The notes under the pieces: model-generated
What the model was told of the DNA's origin: nothing
What the model saw: the letters and a program-made list of their open reading frames with translations, nothing else
Databases searched by the model: none
In this document: positions 26,721 to 40,405 of the stretch, piece after piece
How positions within the stretch are numbered: the first letter of the stretch is position 1
Layout of the letters: every line of letters starts with the position of its first letter
Translations under genes and position numbers: made by a program
DNA from: Callorhinchus milii
Lineage: Eukaryota
Assembly (NCBI RefSeq): GCF_018977255.1
Contig: NW_024704742.1
Coordinates: 117,244,001 to 117,308,000 of the forward strand
Reading direction: 5' to 3'
DNA: 64,000 nucleotides

Positions 26721-27949
26721 TGGGCTTTCAAAAGACACAAGGAGAGAGAGGGTGGGGGAACACAGTGAATTTGACCCCTGCCCCTGTCATGTTTTTGATT
26801 GATTTTATTTATTTTGTTGTTCCCAACAAAATGTTAGTGCTTCACAGATCATTTTTGTCCAGTGCAGTGATTGACTTTTGTGGGCAAATGTGGCAGCCAG
26901 GACACAGGGGGGAAAATTCAATTTTTTTGAATCGTGGAAAGGGATGTTTTAACATCCACCTGAAAAAGCGGACAGAACTTCAGTTTAAAGTCTCATATAA
27001 TTGAGTCATTCCCAGTAATATGCTGAAATGTTAGCCAAGTCTGAATTGAGGTCTTGATATGTGTCTCGAGGTGAAAGTGCTTACAAACTCGTGAAGCAAA
27101 AAAGCTTCAGGAGCTTTCACATTGTATTCTAATCTCTCTCTTCAATTGCCGATGCACTATGTTGTGTGCTGCTATGAGTAGAAGTATTGTATTTAAGCTA
27201 CTCTTCTGATTTTGGCTCTGGACTGTGGGCACCAAACAGACGCTAACCTTTTTTAAGGCCTTGTTTCTCTAATAAACAATATACCAACTGATTTTTTTGG
27301 GGGTTCGAGCAAGGTTGGTTCCCCATTCATCCCCCACTAAACCAAACTAAACCGAATCCAGTTCCTCAAATGGGAATATACTTTGTCTCCCAGACAACCA
27401 TTTTGTCCTCGAATCTGGGTCCCAAATTGTCAAAGGACGACATGGACCCGATTCCTTACTCACAACCACTCAAACAAGTCATCACTGGATCGTCTCTGAG
27501 GTCTGGGTAAGCCCAGCCTGAGCCTGGTGACCAAAGGCTCAAGGTAAATCCAATTCCAATTTCTCCACTCTTGTGAGGGCAGATCAAACTCCTCAGATAA
27601 GGACTTCTGCTTTCTTGTCCCAGCCAACAGAAGGCTGAGGGCTGGCATTCCTGCGCCCAGTGCATCTTTCCCCCATGAATAAACCATGGACAGGTTAGGA
27701 TTGGCGGCTACACTACCCCTCGCCTCAAAAAGAACAAGTGCACGGAGTGCAATGTCTCTGCCTCTCACAAGTAAATCATGGGGGGGTACAGAATGGTGGT
27801 GGTGATACCAATCTCAGGCCTCAAAGGCAGAGCTCACTGCCAGGAAATACACAACCCAAGCAACAACTGATAAGAACAGATACTACATTTGATCTTAGTC
27901 AAGAGACATACAAATTGATGCATAAGTAAATGTTCCATTTGCTTACTAC

Positions 27950-28148
27950 CTCTGTTATCTCCTTCTCCCTCAATCCCTCTGCCTTGCCCGCGCTCTCCCC
28001 CTTTTCAAGTCCTGCCTGAAAACCTTCATTTTCGACTGTGCTCACGGTCACACGTCCCCCGGATCGGAGTCAGGCTCTGGCACTGTTAAGCGCTCCGAGA
28101 CGCTACCCTTCGTGGAGGGCACTATATAAGTGCAAGTTGTTATTGTTA
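27950..28148 (+). mobile_element. L2 subfamily B 3' end
   Basis: aagcgctccgagacgct...cgtggagggcactatataagtgcaagttgttattgtt. Confidence 0.8.
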
Positions 28149-29652
28149 TCATGTGTCCTCTGGCTGGTTATGACCCAGATAAACTTTTGTTTTACTGCAG
28201 GTTATATGTCTTCTGTACAGTCTCACAGGAGGCAAATATTAAGACATGTTCAAGCAGACTGCTTACTAAAATATTTCTTATTTGTAATCAATCCTATTGC
28301 AAAACACAATTATTAAATAGGTGTTTACAGCAACTAATGGGCTAAAGTTGACTTTTGCTCACTCTTTTTTAAAAAAAACCTCTCTTGTGCACACTCTCTT
28401 TGGGATCTCTGCAAACAGATTTTTTTCGGTAGTCGCACACAATGATGAAGAATCCTGGAGTCTGCTGCAGTTAAAGCAGAGTGAGACTTTGGGACACCGT
28501 CTCTACTTATAAGCTGGGACATTGACACTGAGCAGTTAATGTTTTAATTCCCATAACATCAAACGCTTTCACCTCATGACTAATTAAGAAATATTTGACA
28601 ATGAAGTGCAGTGCCTGAGGCTGACATTATAAATATTAATTACCAGTCTGTCTGCTCTGCCGGAGGGGACACCTTACCCACACCTTGTCTCAATGAATGA
28701 TTTTGACCAAACTAAATGTTGTGTTAATTTTTGTATTATGATCAGGGCTTCTGATTTTCGTTTTTTAACTGAATACCCCGAATAAAGTACCCCCTCATAC
28801 AAAACAAGAAATGTGTTTTATCCCATACACATTGCAAAACCCTGTAAATAGTTATCTGTGTATACATGAGGACATATTTGTCCCTTTTTTTTAAGAACTC
28901 AGAACATGCTAAAAATAAACCAGGAAAAATGATTTTTTTTAAACTCTGGAAAACAGAAATTAATTCTGATGAAACCTTATCCTCTTGTTTGACATTCTTG
29001 CGTTTTAGGTGGGGGCTTTCATGTCATGAGGAAGCCTTGATGCGCTTCACAGGATTTACTGTAAACTGTAACGACTTTATATTTTGTAGGTGACCACAAC
29101 CAATTTGGGTACAAACAGCTAGGAGGAGAATGACCAATTTTATTTGGGGGATTATTGACCTGGGCACCGGGAGAACCCCTCAGTTATTGATGCCGGGTAC
29201 CTGCGTAACTGGAAATTTGCTCCAGGTACGTGATACGGAATATTGCTGGGCCCACTCACTCCGAATCTTTATTTCAATATCAATTCTGATCTCCTGTGAG
29301 GAGACAGTGCCTGATCCAAAGCTTAGAATATCAGCAGCTAGTATCCTCCAGAGACAAACTACAGCAAAAGACCCCATTATATCATAGTGGTTGGGGGGTT
29401 CCATAAAATCCCAACCAACATTCAGACTGTAGTGGAGATGAGCAATTGCCAGTCACACTGCAGTATTTGTCTCATTCGTACACAGAAAGCCAGCTGGCTT
29501 CCAGTGTGCCACTCTGCTTCACATGCGCTAAAAATGGCAAACTTCCAGGTCATCAGTTTGCTACTGTCTTGTGCGCAGTGCCAAGGAAGTAATGCTGGCA
29601 ATTTTTTAGTTCGAGAAGCTGGTCGGTGTTTTGAAGTGAGCCAACACAGTTT

Positions 29653-31262
29653 AAACAACAACAATATTACATTGTAAAGCGTCTTTCACGTCGGGAGGAC
29701 GTCCCAAGCCGCTGAACAGTCAGGGATCAGGACCCAAGCATGGGGGAGCAGGGTTGGGATGAGGGAGGGCAGAGGGCGTAGGAGGGCAGCCAAAGGCACG
29801 GTCAAAAAGGAAGGTCTTGAGTCGTGCCGTGAAGGAGGCAAGAAAGGGAGCAAGGCAAAGGGATTGTGGGATGGAGTTCCAAAGAGTGGGGGCAGAGAGG
29901 CTGAAAGGCAGGCAGGAAACCTGGAGCAGGCCAGAGCCTGCTGAGTGGAGGGAGCGGACAGGTTGGGGGTCAGCAGGTCAGAGATGTAGGAGGGGGCAAG
30001 GCCGTGGAGGGCCTTGAAAGTGAGGACGAGGATTTTGAATTCTATGCTCTGGAGGATGGGGAGCCAGGGGAGTTGGGCGAGGGTGGAGGTGATGGGGTAA
30101 CCGAGCCTAGTGCGGGAGAGAACACGAGCTGCAGAGTTCTGGATGACCTGCAGCTTGTGGAGAGAAGAGTTGGGGAGGCCGACAAGGAGGGAGTTTCCGT
30201 AGTTGAGCTTTGAGGTGATAAATGCGTGTATACGGGTTTCGGTGGCCTGAGGGGTGAGGCAGTGGCAGAGTCGGGCAATGTTGCGGAGGTGGGGGAAGGC
30301 AGTGCGGGTCATGGCACAGATATGGGAGAGAAAGGGCACTTGAGGGTTGAGGTTCCTCACTGGCTTGGTGAGGTGGAGTGTGTAACCATGGATGCTGATG
30401 CTGCCAGTGCCTGAGGTGCGGAAGTGCTGACCGGAGCCGATCAGGAGCCAATCTACAGCTCAATCTTGCAGCTGTAGAAAGTTAGCTCTCATCCAGTACT
30501 TGATGAAAGACAGACATTCTGTCAGGACATCAGTTGTCCTGGAATCGAGGGTGGAGGCAGAGCGATAGAGTTAGGTATCATCCGCATACATGTGGAAGTT
30601 GACCCCACATCTTTGGATGATGTCACCAAGGGGGAGCATGTTGAGCTTGAAGAGGAGGGGACCGAGGATAGAGCCCTGAGGAACACCACATGAGACTGTG
30701 TGGGGGCTGGAATAGTATCCATTGGCAGAGACAAATTGGAGATGGTGTGAGAGATGAGACCTGAACCATTCAAGGACAGAACCTTGAAGGTTGAGGTGAG
30801 AGGAGAGGCGATGGAGGAGGATGGAGTGGTCCACGGTATAAAAGGCAGCAGAGAAGTCGAGGAGGTAGAGGGAGCCCTGGTCACAGATGGACAAAATGTC
30901 GTTTGTCACCTTGACCAGAGCAGTTTCCGTGCTACTCACAGGACGGAAACCCGATTGGAGGGGCTCGTGAAGGAAGTGGTAGGAGAGGAATGAGCGAAGC
31001 TGGGAAGCAACAACTCTTTCAAGGACCTTCGAAAGAAAAGGGAGGTTGGAGATATACCTTTAGTTAGAAGGCAGGGATGGGTCCAGGGAAGGTTTTTTCA
31101 GGATGGAGGTGATTGTAGCTGTTTTTAGGGGGATGGGAATGGTGCCAGATGCAAAGGGAGAGATTGATGTGTCGGAGAGTAGAAGGTCGAGGAGGTGGAG
31201 CTGAGAGGTAAGGAGAGAGGTGGGGATGGGCTCAAGGGTGCAGGTGGTGTGCTTCAAGCTGG
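29653..31262 (-). mobile_element. 5'-truncated, frameshifted L2 (subfamily A)
   Basis: ORF pieces with [37 protein letters not shown]; (TTG)n tail. Confidence 0.95.
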
Positions 31263-33137
31263 TGAGCCGGCCAGTTTCCTTTGTGCATTTTGGATTTTTT
31301 TGGTAAGTAAATGTTGACCTCCACAATCGGGATTTATAAGGGAACCCATGTTATAATGGGTTTCTGTGTTAATCAAATAAAAACTATAGTAAACAGAGTG
31401 GTCAGGAGGGTGAATTATTATCCTTCGGCTACAACTAGAATAGAAACAATACTACAAAAATCAAAATGTGACTGACTCTATTCTTGGCAAGATTGCAATT
31501 TGTTCCATAATGAGGTCATTTTGTGTGAGGTTATATATTTTGTCATTTCAAAACTATTTCTGGGCAACTGTGCATGTGTTGTCAGGGGTGGGGGTGGGTG
31601 TGTGGAGGGGCGGGGAGATCACTGGAGAGCGTTGTCCAGCTGTGTTAGCACAGTAAATGGGAACCAAGTTTGACATTTCTGTGCGCTGACTGGGTGAGTG
31701 ATGATCTCATGAACACAAGTGTTAGAATCTAGTTACAATTATTTTCAGGGGGCAGGAGGATGAAGAGGATGTTGTTTTAAAACCTCACTTCATCGCAAGG
31801 GGGAAAGAAACAAAAGAAACGGGTTTAAGAACCATAGAAATGCACAGCACTAAATGTCATTCAGCCCATCATGTCGATTTTGGCTCTTTGAAAGAGTAAT
31901 CCACTTCTGCCATTTCACCATACCTGTGAGCAAATTGGCTGATGTGGTCACCTACAAAATACGATCACTGCATTTCACAGTACATCCTGTGAAACTCTTC
32001 GAAGCATCCTCCTGACGTGAAATGCAAGGATTATTATTACACTCCTGCAGATTACTCCTTGTTAGACATCTGTCTAGTTCTCCCTTTAAAGATAATCTTA
32101 ATTCTGGCTAATTTTCTGGCTTGACTTGAGTGAAGGGAGTTCTGTGTTCACAGGCAAGTAGCTTTGTGGGATCTAAACAAAGTTAGCATATTTGGCTGTG
32201 GGTATGTGTTGGGACTGCAGCATATGGACTCAAATTATTAATTTGTATCACCATTCAGCAATAATGAAAGGAAATTCACAGCTAAATGGGTTTATCCTAG
32301 ATTACAAAAGCACTTTTTTTTAATAAATTGTTTTAATTTTAAATAATTATTAGAGGATATTTCCTGTGAGAATTCTTCATCAGAATTGTGCTAAGAAGCA
32401 CACAATTATAGCCTCGAATTGCATGTACCTTGCAATGTTGCTGTCTATCGGTCAGTATCCCAGTGGGAATGTTTCAATGCAAACCCTGATTGCTTTTTTT
32501 GTGGATCATGGAAAGCTCCAACAGAGCTGGCAATGCGCTTCAGCAGTTCATTGGCCCATGCATAGGAACATAGTGCTGGAGGAGAGGAAATACACATTAT
32601 TGCTGCTAATGATAGAGAGGCACCAAAAATCACTTCTCAACTGTGGCCCATGCCTGCTCACCCTCAAATCCTTTCCCAAAATTAACAGGCAACTTATCAG
32701 AAGCTGCAGGGACTCGTTTAAAACCAAACCATGCACACCCTTATTTATTTTTGTCGAGGAAAATAAAATGTTAGTGTTTCTTTTTGGTGTCAACTTTTGT
32801 AAATTATAACCATGTGGGGGAGCACCTTCCTCTACTCTGTCCAATTGGATGGTTGTAAAATGAGAGATTCTTCTCTCTATTTCTGGTCTCTCCCTTTCTC
32901 TCTCACTCACTCAGTTTCTCTTTCTTTCTCTCTCTTTCACGCACACACTTTCTTGTCCAAAGTCTATTGCAACCTGCTCCACTGAATTCTCTTTTCTTGT
33001 CCTACCCAAATCCTGAATATTCCATCCAGTTCACACTCTTCCTTCTTGCATCCTCACTGTCTCGTAATGAAGACTATTCCACTTCTCCTTTGCCAGGATT
33101 TCATGTTTGTATTAACGACTGGAACAGGTTACCAGGA

Positions 33138-33625
33138 ACAACAACAACTCACATTTATATAGCACCCTTAATGCAGGCAATGTTTCGGAGCACTTAACAG
33201 CGGAGCGGTTTGATGCTGAGCAGAAAGTGAGGGGAAATGACCAAAGGCACGGACAAAGCGGAAATTCTTCAGATGTGATTTGAAGAAGGGCAAAGAGGGG
33301 GCAAGATTGAGGCGAGGAGTTTCAGAGATTCAGGGCATAGTGGTCGAAAGCACGGCCACCAATGGTGGAGTGGAGGACACAAGGGATGTGTAGAAGACCC
33401 AAGCCAGCTGACCGAAGGTGGTGGGTAGTGAAGCGGGGTGTGGGCTGATTGGAAGGGTAGGCAGGTGCAAGGGTGTGAAGAGATTTGAAAGTTAGGATCT
33501 TGAGATCGATCCATTCTGCATCAGGGAGACAGTGGACCCTGGCAAGAACTGGGGTAATGGGGGTGTGGAACCCGGTAACTGGTGAGGGCACAGCGGCAGG
33601 GTTTTGAGTCATTCGGACGTAGGAA
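33138..33625 (-). mobile_element. L2 subfamily B 3' fragment
   Basis: PITPVLAR...STIGGRAFDHYA; tail at 33138. Confidence 0.85.
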
Positions 33626-34213
33626 GGGTGGTTGAGGCCTGGGCACTGGACTGATTTTTTTTTAATGATGTTGTAGTGAGAGGACACTTGGGTGATATTC
33701 TGGGAGGATGAAATCAGATGAGCCAAAGTACCTCTATTTATCCAAACCAATCTTGTGATTTGGGGCCTTTTCCAATCCCTTTTCTACCAGATGTTTAAAA
33801 TCCAAGCTTGGTGCTGCCTTCCACTGTTTCTTGGCTTCTTTTTCAATCCTCCTCTTGGCTTGTCATCTACAACAGGACTTAATCTTTCACTCAGGGAGTG
33901 AACAATACCCCATTAACGGGAGGTATTCTAATCCTATTGAGTTGCCTTGTATTCTGCCTAATGCAAAGCTATCCTTGAAAAAAATGTACAAATTGATGTG
34001 AATGACATTCTAAATACTGGCTCCTGTGAATTATGATGTTTGATAGCATCACTGCCAGCAAAAAACTAAGCATTGAAGCTCTGACATAAAATAAACCAAT
34101 TAAGTACAATAAAAGTGGAGCTATGCTATATTGGATATCCAATGTCAGGTCAATTTCAGTGTTGCTTAACTCTCTTAATGGATCAATGTTTAAAGGACTG
34201 TCAGTATGAAACT

Positions 34214-35545
34214 GACAACAACAATTTGTACTTGTGTAGCGCCTTGCACACAGAGAGACCATCTCAATGTACTTTACAAAAACTGAGTGGGAGCATGAGC
34301 TGGGATGGAGAGAGCAGGGGTAAAGAAGGAGTTGACTGAAAGTGCAGTCGAAAAAAAAAGGTTTTTTGATCACTTTTGAAAGTTGAGAGTGAGGGGGTAA
34401 GGCAGACAAATTTCTGATGTGTTCCAGGAGTGAGAGCAAAGTGACTGGAAACTCGCCTACCAATGGAGCAGCGGGGGGAATGTGAAGCAGGCCAGGGTTG
34501 GTGCAGCAGACAGAGTGGTTGGGGGTACAGTGTTACAGGAGATCAGAGGTTGGGTGGGGCAAGGCTGTGAAGTCATTTTGAAGAAAAGCACAAGGATCTT
34601 AAAGTTGATCCCCTGGGAGCTAGGAAGCAAGTAGAATGGATGTGAAGTAAGGGCCTATGAAGTCTAGTTTTGGGAGAATCAGGCTGCAGATTTTGGTTGA
34701 TCTGGAGCTTGAGGAAGGTGGAGCTGTGGAAGCTGAGATGTACGGCAATGTCCAATGCCATTGTTTGGAAATGACGAGATGTGATGGTGGGTTTTGGTGT
34801 GTAGGGGGTGAGGTAGTGGCATAGCCATGCGATGTTATGGAGATGGAGGAAAGTGAACGTGCTCAGAGCCCAGATTCAACAGGTTCAATAGCAACAATCT
34901 TAACACTAAAAAGGTTACATTAACAAAAGGTTGCTTTAACGAAAGGTAACCTGAATTTAGAGAGCAGCCATGTGATATTTATCCTTTGTTTACACAGTTT
35001 AAAGTAGAATTGAGGGAAAACAAAATGCCAAGGTCCTGCACAGTGAGTTGAGTAAGCCACAGAAAAAGCTGGTAAATACTGGTATTGGCATTGTAATTAC
35101 ACTTACACAGACAAGCTGACAGAACATCAAGGGACTGGGGATCGCGGCTGGAGGAGGAGAAATAAAGTTGAGCATCATCCGCATACATGTGGAAGTTAAC
35201 CCCATATCTGCGATGACATCGCCGAGAGGGAGCATATAGATGAAGAGAAGGGGGCCAAGAATGGAGCCTTGGGGTACCCCGTAAGTGACTGGGTGGGTCC
35301 GAGAAGAAAACCCATTTGCGGAAATAGAGTGCTGGTGGATAGTATAGTAGGACTCGAACCTCAAGCGAGTGCAGTCGCACTGAGGTGGATGATGGGAGGA
35401 GAGACGGTGGAGGAGGATGGCATGATTCACTGTGTTGAACACAGCAGAGAGGTCCAGGAGAATGAGGAGGCAGTGAGAGCCTTGGTCCCAGATAGAGAGG
35501 ACGTTGTTTGTGACTTTCACGAACGCATGGGAAAGACAGCTCATA
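34214..35545 (-). mobile_element. Degenerate L2 subfamily B, interrupted about 34870-35105
   Basis: VKVTNNVL, LLDLSAVF, GVPQGSILGP, HMYADD; tail at 34214. Confidence 0.85.
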
Positions 35546-35559
35546 ATTTTCCTGTAACA

Positions 35560-35960
35560 GGCTCTGAGAGCCCATCACCCCATTCTCACAAGGCTCCATT
35601 AGCTTCCTAATGGGACGTCCTCCTGACGTGAAAGGCGCTTTATAAATGGAATCTTGTTGTTGTTGTTGTTGTTCCTATTCCCCAGCAGATCAACTTTAAA
35701 ATCCTTGTTATAATCTTTGAATGCTTCCACACGTTTGCTCCATCTTACCTGTGTAATTTCCTGCAATCCCATTCATTTATCTACTTCCTCCACCCACATT
35801 CATTCACTTTGCCCCTCTCTGAAACACTCCTATAACCCTCTGCCTTGCACCCTCTCCATCTGCTTTTAACAACTGCATCTGTTTGACTGCTCCTTCGGTC
35901 ACCTCACTCCTATCTCATCTCCCAACCTGCTTGTAAAACTATGTAAAACACTTCAAGACA
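35560..35960 (+). mobile_element. Old L2 3' remnant carrying a 63-bp young L2 tail insertion (35611-35673)
   Basis: Host reads RLH.LPIPQQINFKIL across the insertion; insert is hairpin plus (TTG)n. Confidence 0.82.
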
Positions 35961-37654
35961 AAATAACTTACAAATATACATAGCTTACAAATATACATTA
36001 CAGTAAACTCTCCCTTTGTGACATTCGTGGATCTCAACAACTATAACATAAAGCAACTCCACTGCGTGTTTAAATTGCACAATTGTTTTCTTAATTGTGG
36101 CCATATAACAAAGGTTCAAAGGAGTGAGCAGATTATGAATTCATGGTTCGTTTATTATTGTACCATACAGTTTCTAACCGGCTTGATGTTCTGCAGTCAT
36201 CAAAGCAATTCAGATGTTTTGAGAATACTGTACATTATCGATTGGCTTAGTATGTAACTAAGCTCCATTGCTGTTAACATGCATTTTCTCAAGTAATAGA
36301 TATGGATCCCAGTCCCTTTTTAAAGGAATCAATTGGCCCAGGATCCTAGAGAAATATCACTTTTGAGTAGTAAAACAATTAAATAGATTTTTTTTCTAAG
36401 TTGGAGGAGCTCTATGGGCTCCTATATGCTGACAGCAGCATTTTACTAGGCTTAGCAGGCACTTAAAAACAAGTTAGAAACCGTACTTAGAGGACCTCTG
36501 TTCTTCCTTCTTCTTTTCCCCTCTGTAAACCCTCAAACTACAAATTTGCAGTGCATTTAAACCATAAAATGCAAGTGATTATTTGTACAGCATTGTGCAC
36601 TTTAATTCTTAGTTAACTTTTATGTGTTTTATGTGTATTTTAAGTGAACCCTTCAGTTTGCCATTTTTGTCACATGTGGATGACTAGCATCAGCAATAGG
36701 TTGAGCTCTTTACCTTTGATCTGTGCAGGATATGCGTCCATATTGTGCATTCTGAATTTACAGCCTATTTAACAAGTAAATCGTAAATGGGGTGTGGAAT
36801 TAACTATTGTAATCTGCGTTTAGATGGTATTTGACTGACTCATTTACTGTAAGATTTCTGCCCAATATTTCAGTAGCCTTTGTTGCCATTATCATCTTAT
36901 CCCACCCATTGATCTATAATCAGAAACTTGATTGATTCTTTGTGAGTTACTCACTGCTTTGAAATTAAACATTGTCCACTCGGGAAACAGCAGGAAAGCA
37001 ATGCAAAGGCACATCCATCACCTCAATTAGTTTGTGCCAGCGATTTGAAAACCTCCTTTGTATGAGAGTGTCGAGAGAACAGAGGGTCATAGTCTGAAAT
37101 CATTCTTTGACAAATTAGTAAATGGCTGAAAAATATTAATCTGTGTTCATCTTTTCTCTGCAATTGAACTTCTACAGATTTTATAAATTGGCAAATTGTA
37201 CAGGGACTATAAGGGCTGTTTTCATCTGGTGGTTGTTCATAATAGATTTGATTCATGCGATTCATAAATTGGCATCTGTGACCTTTTTACTTTTTTTAGG
37301 TATCTTAACCTCTAGTGTTGTCTGAGCAAGACTCAGATGTATTTAAAGTATTACTCTGAGGGTAATTTGTGTTGATTTTCTGACACAGTAAGTACAGTTC
37401 TGATAACTAAATTGAGTTTGCGCTAGGTTACTTTGGGATTGAGGAGAGCTATTCCTACAGTGATTAGATTATTGGTCTTCTGGTCCAGCTCTTCCTTTGC
37501 CGATTGCTCAACTTTGATTTTCCTCCTGTTTATTTTGTCCACTGCTTCAGCTGTTTCTACTTGAGTCTTTTATTCCCCGTTTCCCTGCCATTCACAGCCC
37601 TCAGCCTCATGCTCTTCCTGGTCGCCTGCTTTTTGTCAACTTCAACAGTGGTTT

Positions 37655-38178
37655 GCTTGTGTTTCACAACTGACGCAGATGAAACCCTCATCTACACCTT
37701 CGTCACTTTCCATCTGGACTATTTCAATGCCCTCCTCACTGGTCTCCCCAGCTCCATCGTACGCAAAATTAATTCTAAATTCTGCCGCCCAGATACTCAC
37801 TCGCACAAAATTCCATACCCCCAACACACCAATCCTTGCCAGGCTCCATTGGCTCCCCATCAACGAATGGATCGATTTCAAGATCTTCTCACGCGTTTTT
37901 AAATTCCTTCATGCCCTCGCACCTCCCTACCAATCCAACCTGCTTACTCTCCACTCCACTACTTGCTGCCTCCGCTTGGCTGGCACTAGCCTCCTGTTTG
38001 TCCCTCATGCCCTCCGTTCCACCATCAGTGGCCATGCCTTCAGCCACTACGCCCCAAAACTCTGGAACTCTATCCCGTGATCCCTCCGCTTGCCCTCTCC
38101 CTCCCTAGACTCCGCCACTGTGAAGCACTCCGGGATGTTACTCGGGTTGAAGGGCACTATATAAATGCAAGTTGTTGA
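37655..38178 (+). mobile_element. L2 subfamily B 3' fragment
   Basis: [34 protein letters not shown] and tail. Confidence 0.9.
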
Positions 38179-38830
38179 TATATTGCGCATCCCAAAGATG
38201 ATGAGGATCACTGAGCATAGTATATCTTTGATACTTTCCCCCTGCCCTATGCTGTCTTTGCTGCACCAGAGAGTGATCCTAACACAGGCTTGTGGGTAAC
38301 TGAAACCAGATACAACATGACTGCTGTACTTAAGCTCTTTGAGTTTTTTTTATTTCACTTTAAATCCTGTGAAGCACTTTGAGATAAGGCGCTATTTCAA
38401 ATGCAATGATGTTAAGAATTACTGTTATAACATAGAGAAAGTATTAATGTCTTCAAAATAAATCTCTCAATGGACTGATGCAATCACAGTGCACCTGGGA
38501 GTAAAATGGCACGAGGGCTGCTATAGAGTTAAGCCACTTTGTTCAGCTGAGCTGTCTGAAAAGCCGATTACCGAGGGCTTTCAATGTCTGTCACAAATCA
38601 AATTATTATTGTTAATGTTGTTTACTTTTCTCATAATTGCATTAACTGCAGCACAAAAATTGGCAGGATATTGACTTCATTCATTTCATGGCCTGAATTG
38701 TTTCCATTCTGCTCATTGATAGCTGTGAATGTTGGTCAAGAAGCTGGAACAATCATTGTTGTTCAAGCGCTAAGCTAAAGAATGATCCAATTTGCCTCCT
38801 ACTGAACTTGAAAGTAAATTAATAATATGA

Positions 38831-39340
38831 CAACAACAACAAGATTACATTTGTATAGCGCTTTTCACGTCGGGAGGATGTCCCAAGGCACTGGACAGAG
38901 TACAGCATTTCAGACCCGAGCTGGGGTTGGGGGGAAGGGAGGTGAGGGGAAGGGGGTGGCCGATGGCATGGTTGAAGAAGAGAGTCTTGAGGCGGGACTT
39001 GAAGGAGGCTAAGGAAGGGGCAAGGCGGAGTGACTGGTGGGTGACCGAAGTGACCAATTTATTATTTTTTTGTTTTTGAAGGAGTTATTACCTCTGGAAA
39101 TCAAATTATTATTGTTAATGTTGTTTACTTTTATCATAATTGCATTAACTGCAGCACAAAAATTGGCAGGATATTGACTTCATCCGCCAATTGACTAGCA
39201 ATTGGATTCCTACTTACTGCTAGGCAAACAGAGGCATGTGGATTAATGAAACTTGCCCAACATTTCGGCCTGCCCAGGAATCAAACCCAGGTCTTGCTTG
39301 CGAGGCGAATGCTTTAACCACTGAGCTACAGGACTCCACA
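38831..39340 (-). mobile_element. SINE 5' half (39340-39047) joined to L2 3' end (39037-38831)
   Basis: tRNA head ending ggactccac at about 39339; L2 SLASFKSRLKTLFF, hairpin and (TTG)n tail. Confidence 0.85.
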
Positions 39341-40094
39341 TTGCACCAATGGCTGTTGGGATGGGAACACCGAATCGTATAAATATAGATTTTACCCTCC
39401 AAGATTTTTACTTGTCCATTGAGTATTCTGAGTTACATATCAGTGGGGAGAAGTACTTGTGGCTAAGCTGCTACCTGTGGCATTTCCCAGATTGTTTCCT
39501 GCAAAGTACAACAATGAGTTGAGGTGATGGATAATGTCCATTTCTTTTTCCTCCAAATGGGACTGTGCTCCAGTGAGGCACATCACCTGTGACCTTGTGT
39601 ACAGTTAACCTCAGTAGCCTTTGGTAGATTCAGGTCACACGTCTGTGACTTACAACTTGTGACCCTCTCTGGAATTAGTTTTTAATGGCAACTGATTTAT
39701 ATTCTTTACAAAAAATTAAAATCTTGTTGTATATTTTTAATTTCTTCTTAAATGTATTCTTTTTTCTCTCTGATCCTACTTACACTCAGTCTTATGCAGA
39801 AACTTCTTCAAACTCAATGTTGCAGTTCTAATGAAGCACCTTACCTGCTTCCTGTGGTGTTGGGTGTATCGGTGGATGACTGTAATTGTACTTCTCTTTG
39901 GTGGTTGTATTAGATATGAACTCTAATGCAGTGCTAAGGGAACATTACATCGGTATCATTTTTAAAAAAAATAGTCCTGCATTAATTTTGAATAATGTAA
40001 TAATTGTTGCATTTGATATACAATAACTTGCATTTATATTGCGCCGTTCATGTGGGATAGTATCCCGGAGAGCTTCGTAGAGTCCTGGAGTGCT

Positions 40095-40405
40095 TCAAAG
40101 GATATAGCTCCTTTCACGCCAGGAGGACATCTCAAAGTGTTTCACAGGATTTACTGTAAAGTGCAATGACTGTAAATTTTGTAAGTGTAGCCAACTTGCA
40201 CACAGCAATGTCCTACAAGCAGCCATGATGTTGATGACTAATTTTATCTGTGGGATTTTTGGCCAGGACATGGGAGAAACTCCCTTTCTCTTTTCAAATG
40301 GTGCCATTTGAACAGTCAGATGAGATCTCGGTTTAACATCTCATCCAAAGGATGGCAACTCCCAAACAATGCAACTCTCCCCCCCGCCCAGCACTGCAGT
40401 TCAGT
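40095..40405 (-). mobile_element. Deu-domain SINE
   Basis: ggtttaacatctcatccaaaggatggca Deu core and tail. Confidence 0.78.

Noticed and set aside
27456..27768. Minus ORF ending near a GTGAGT donor
   Set aside because: No recognisable protein or clear acceptor; may be an old repeat.
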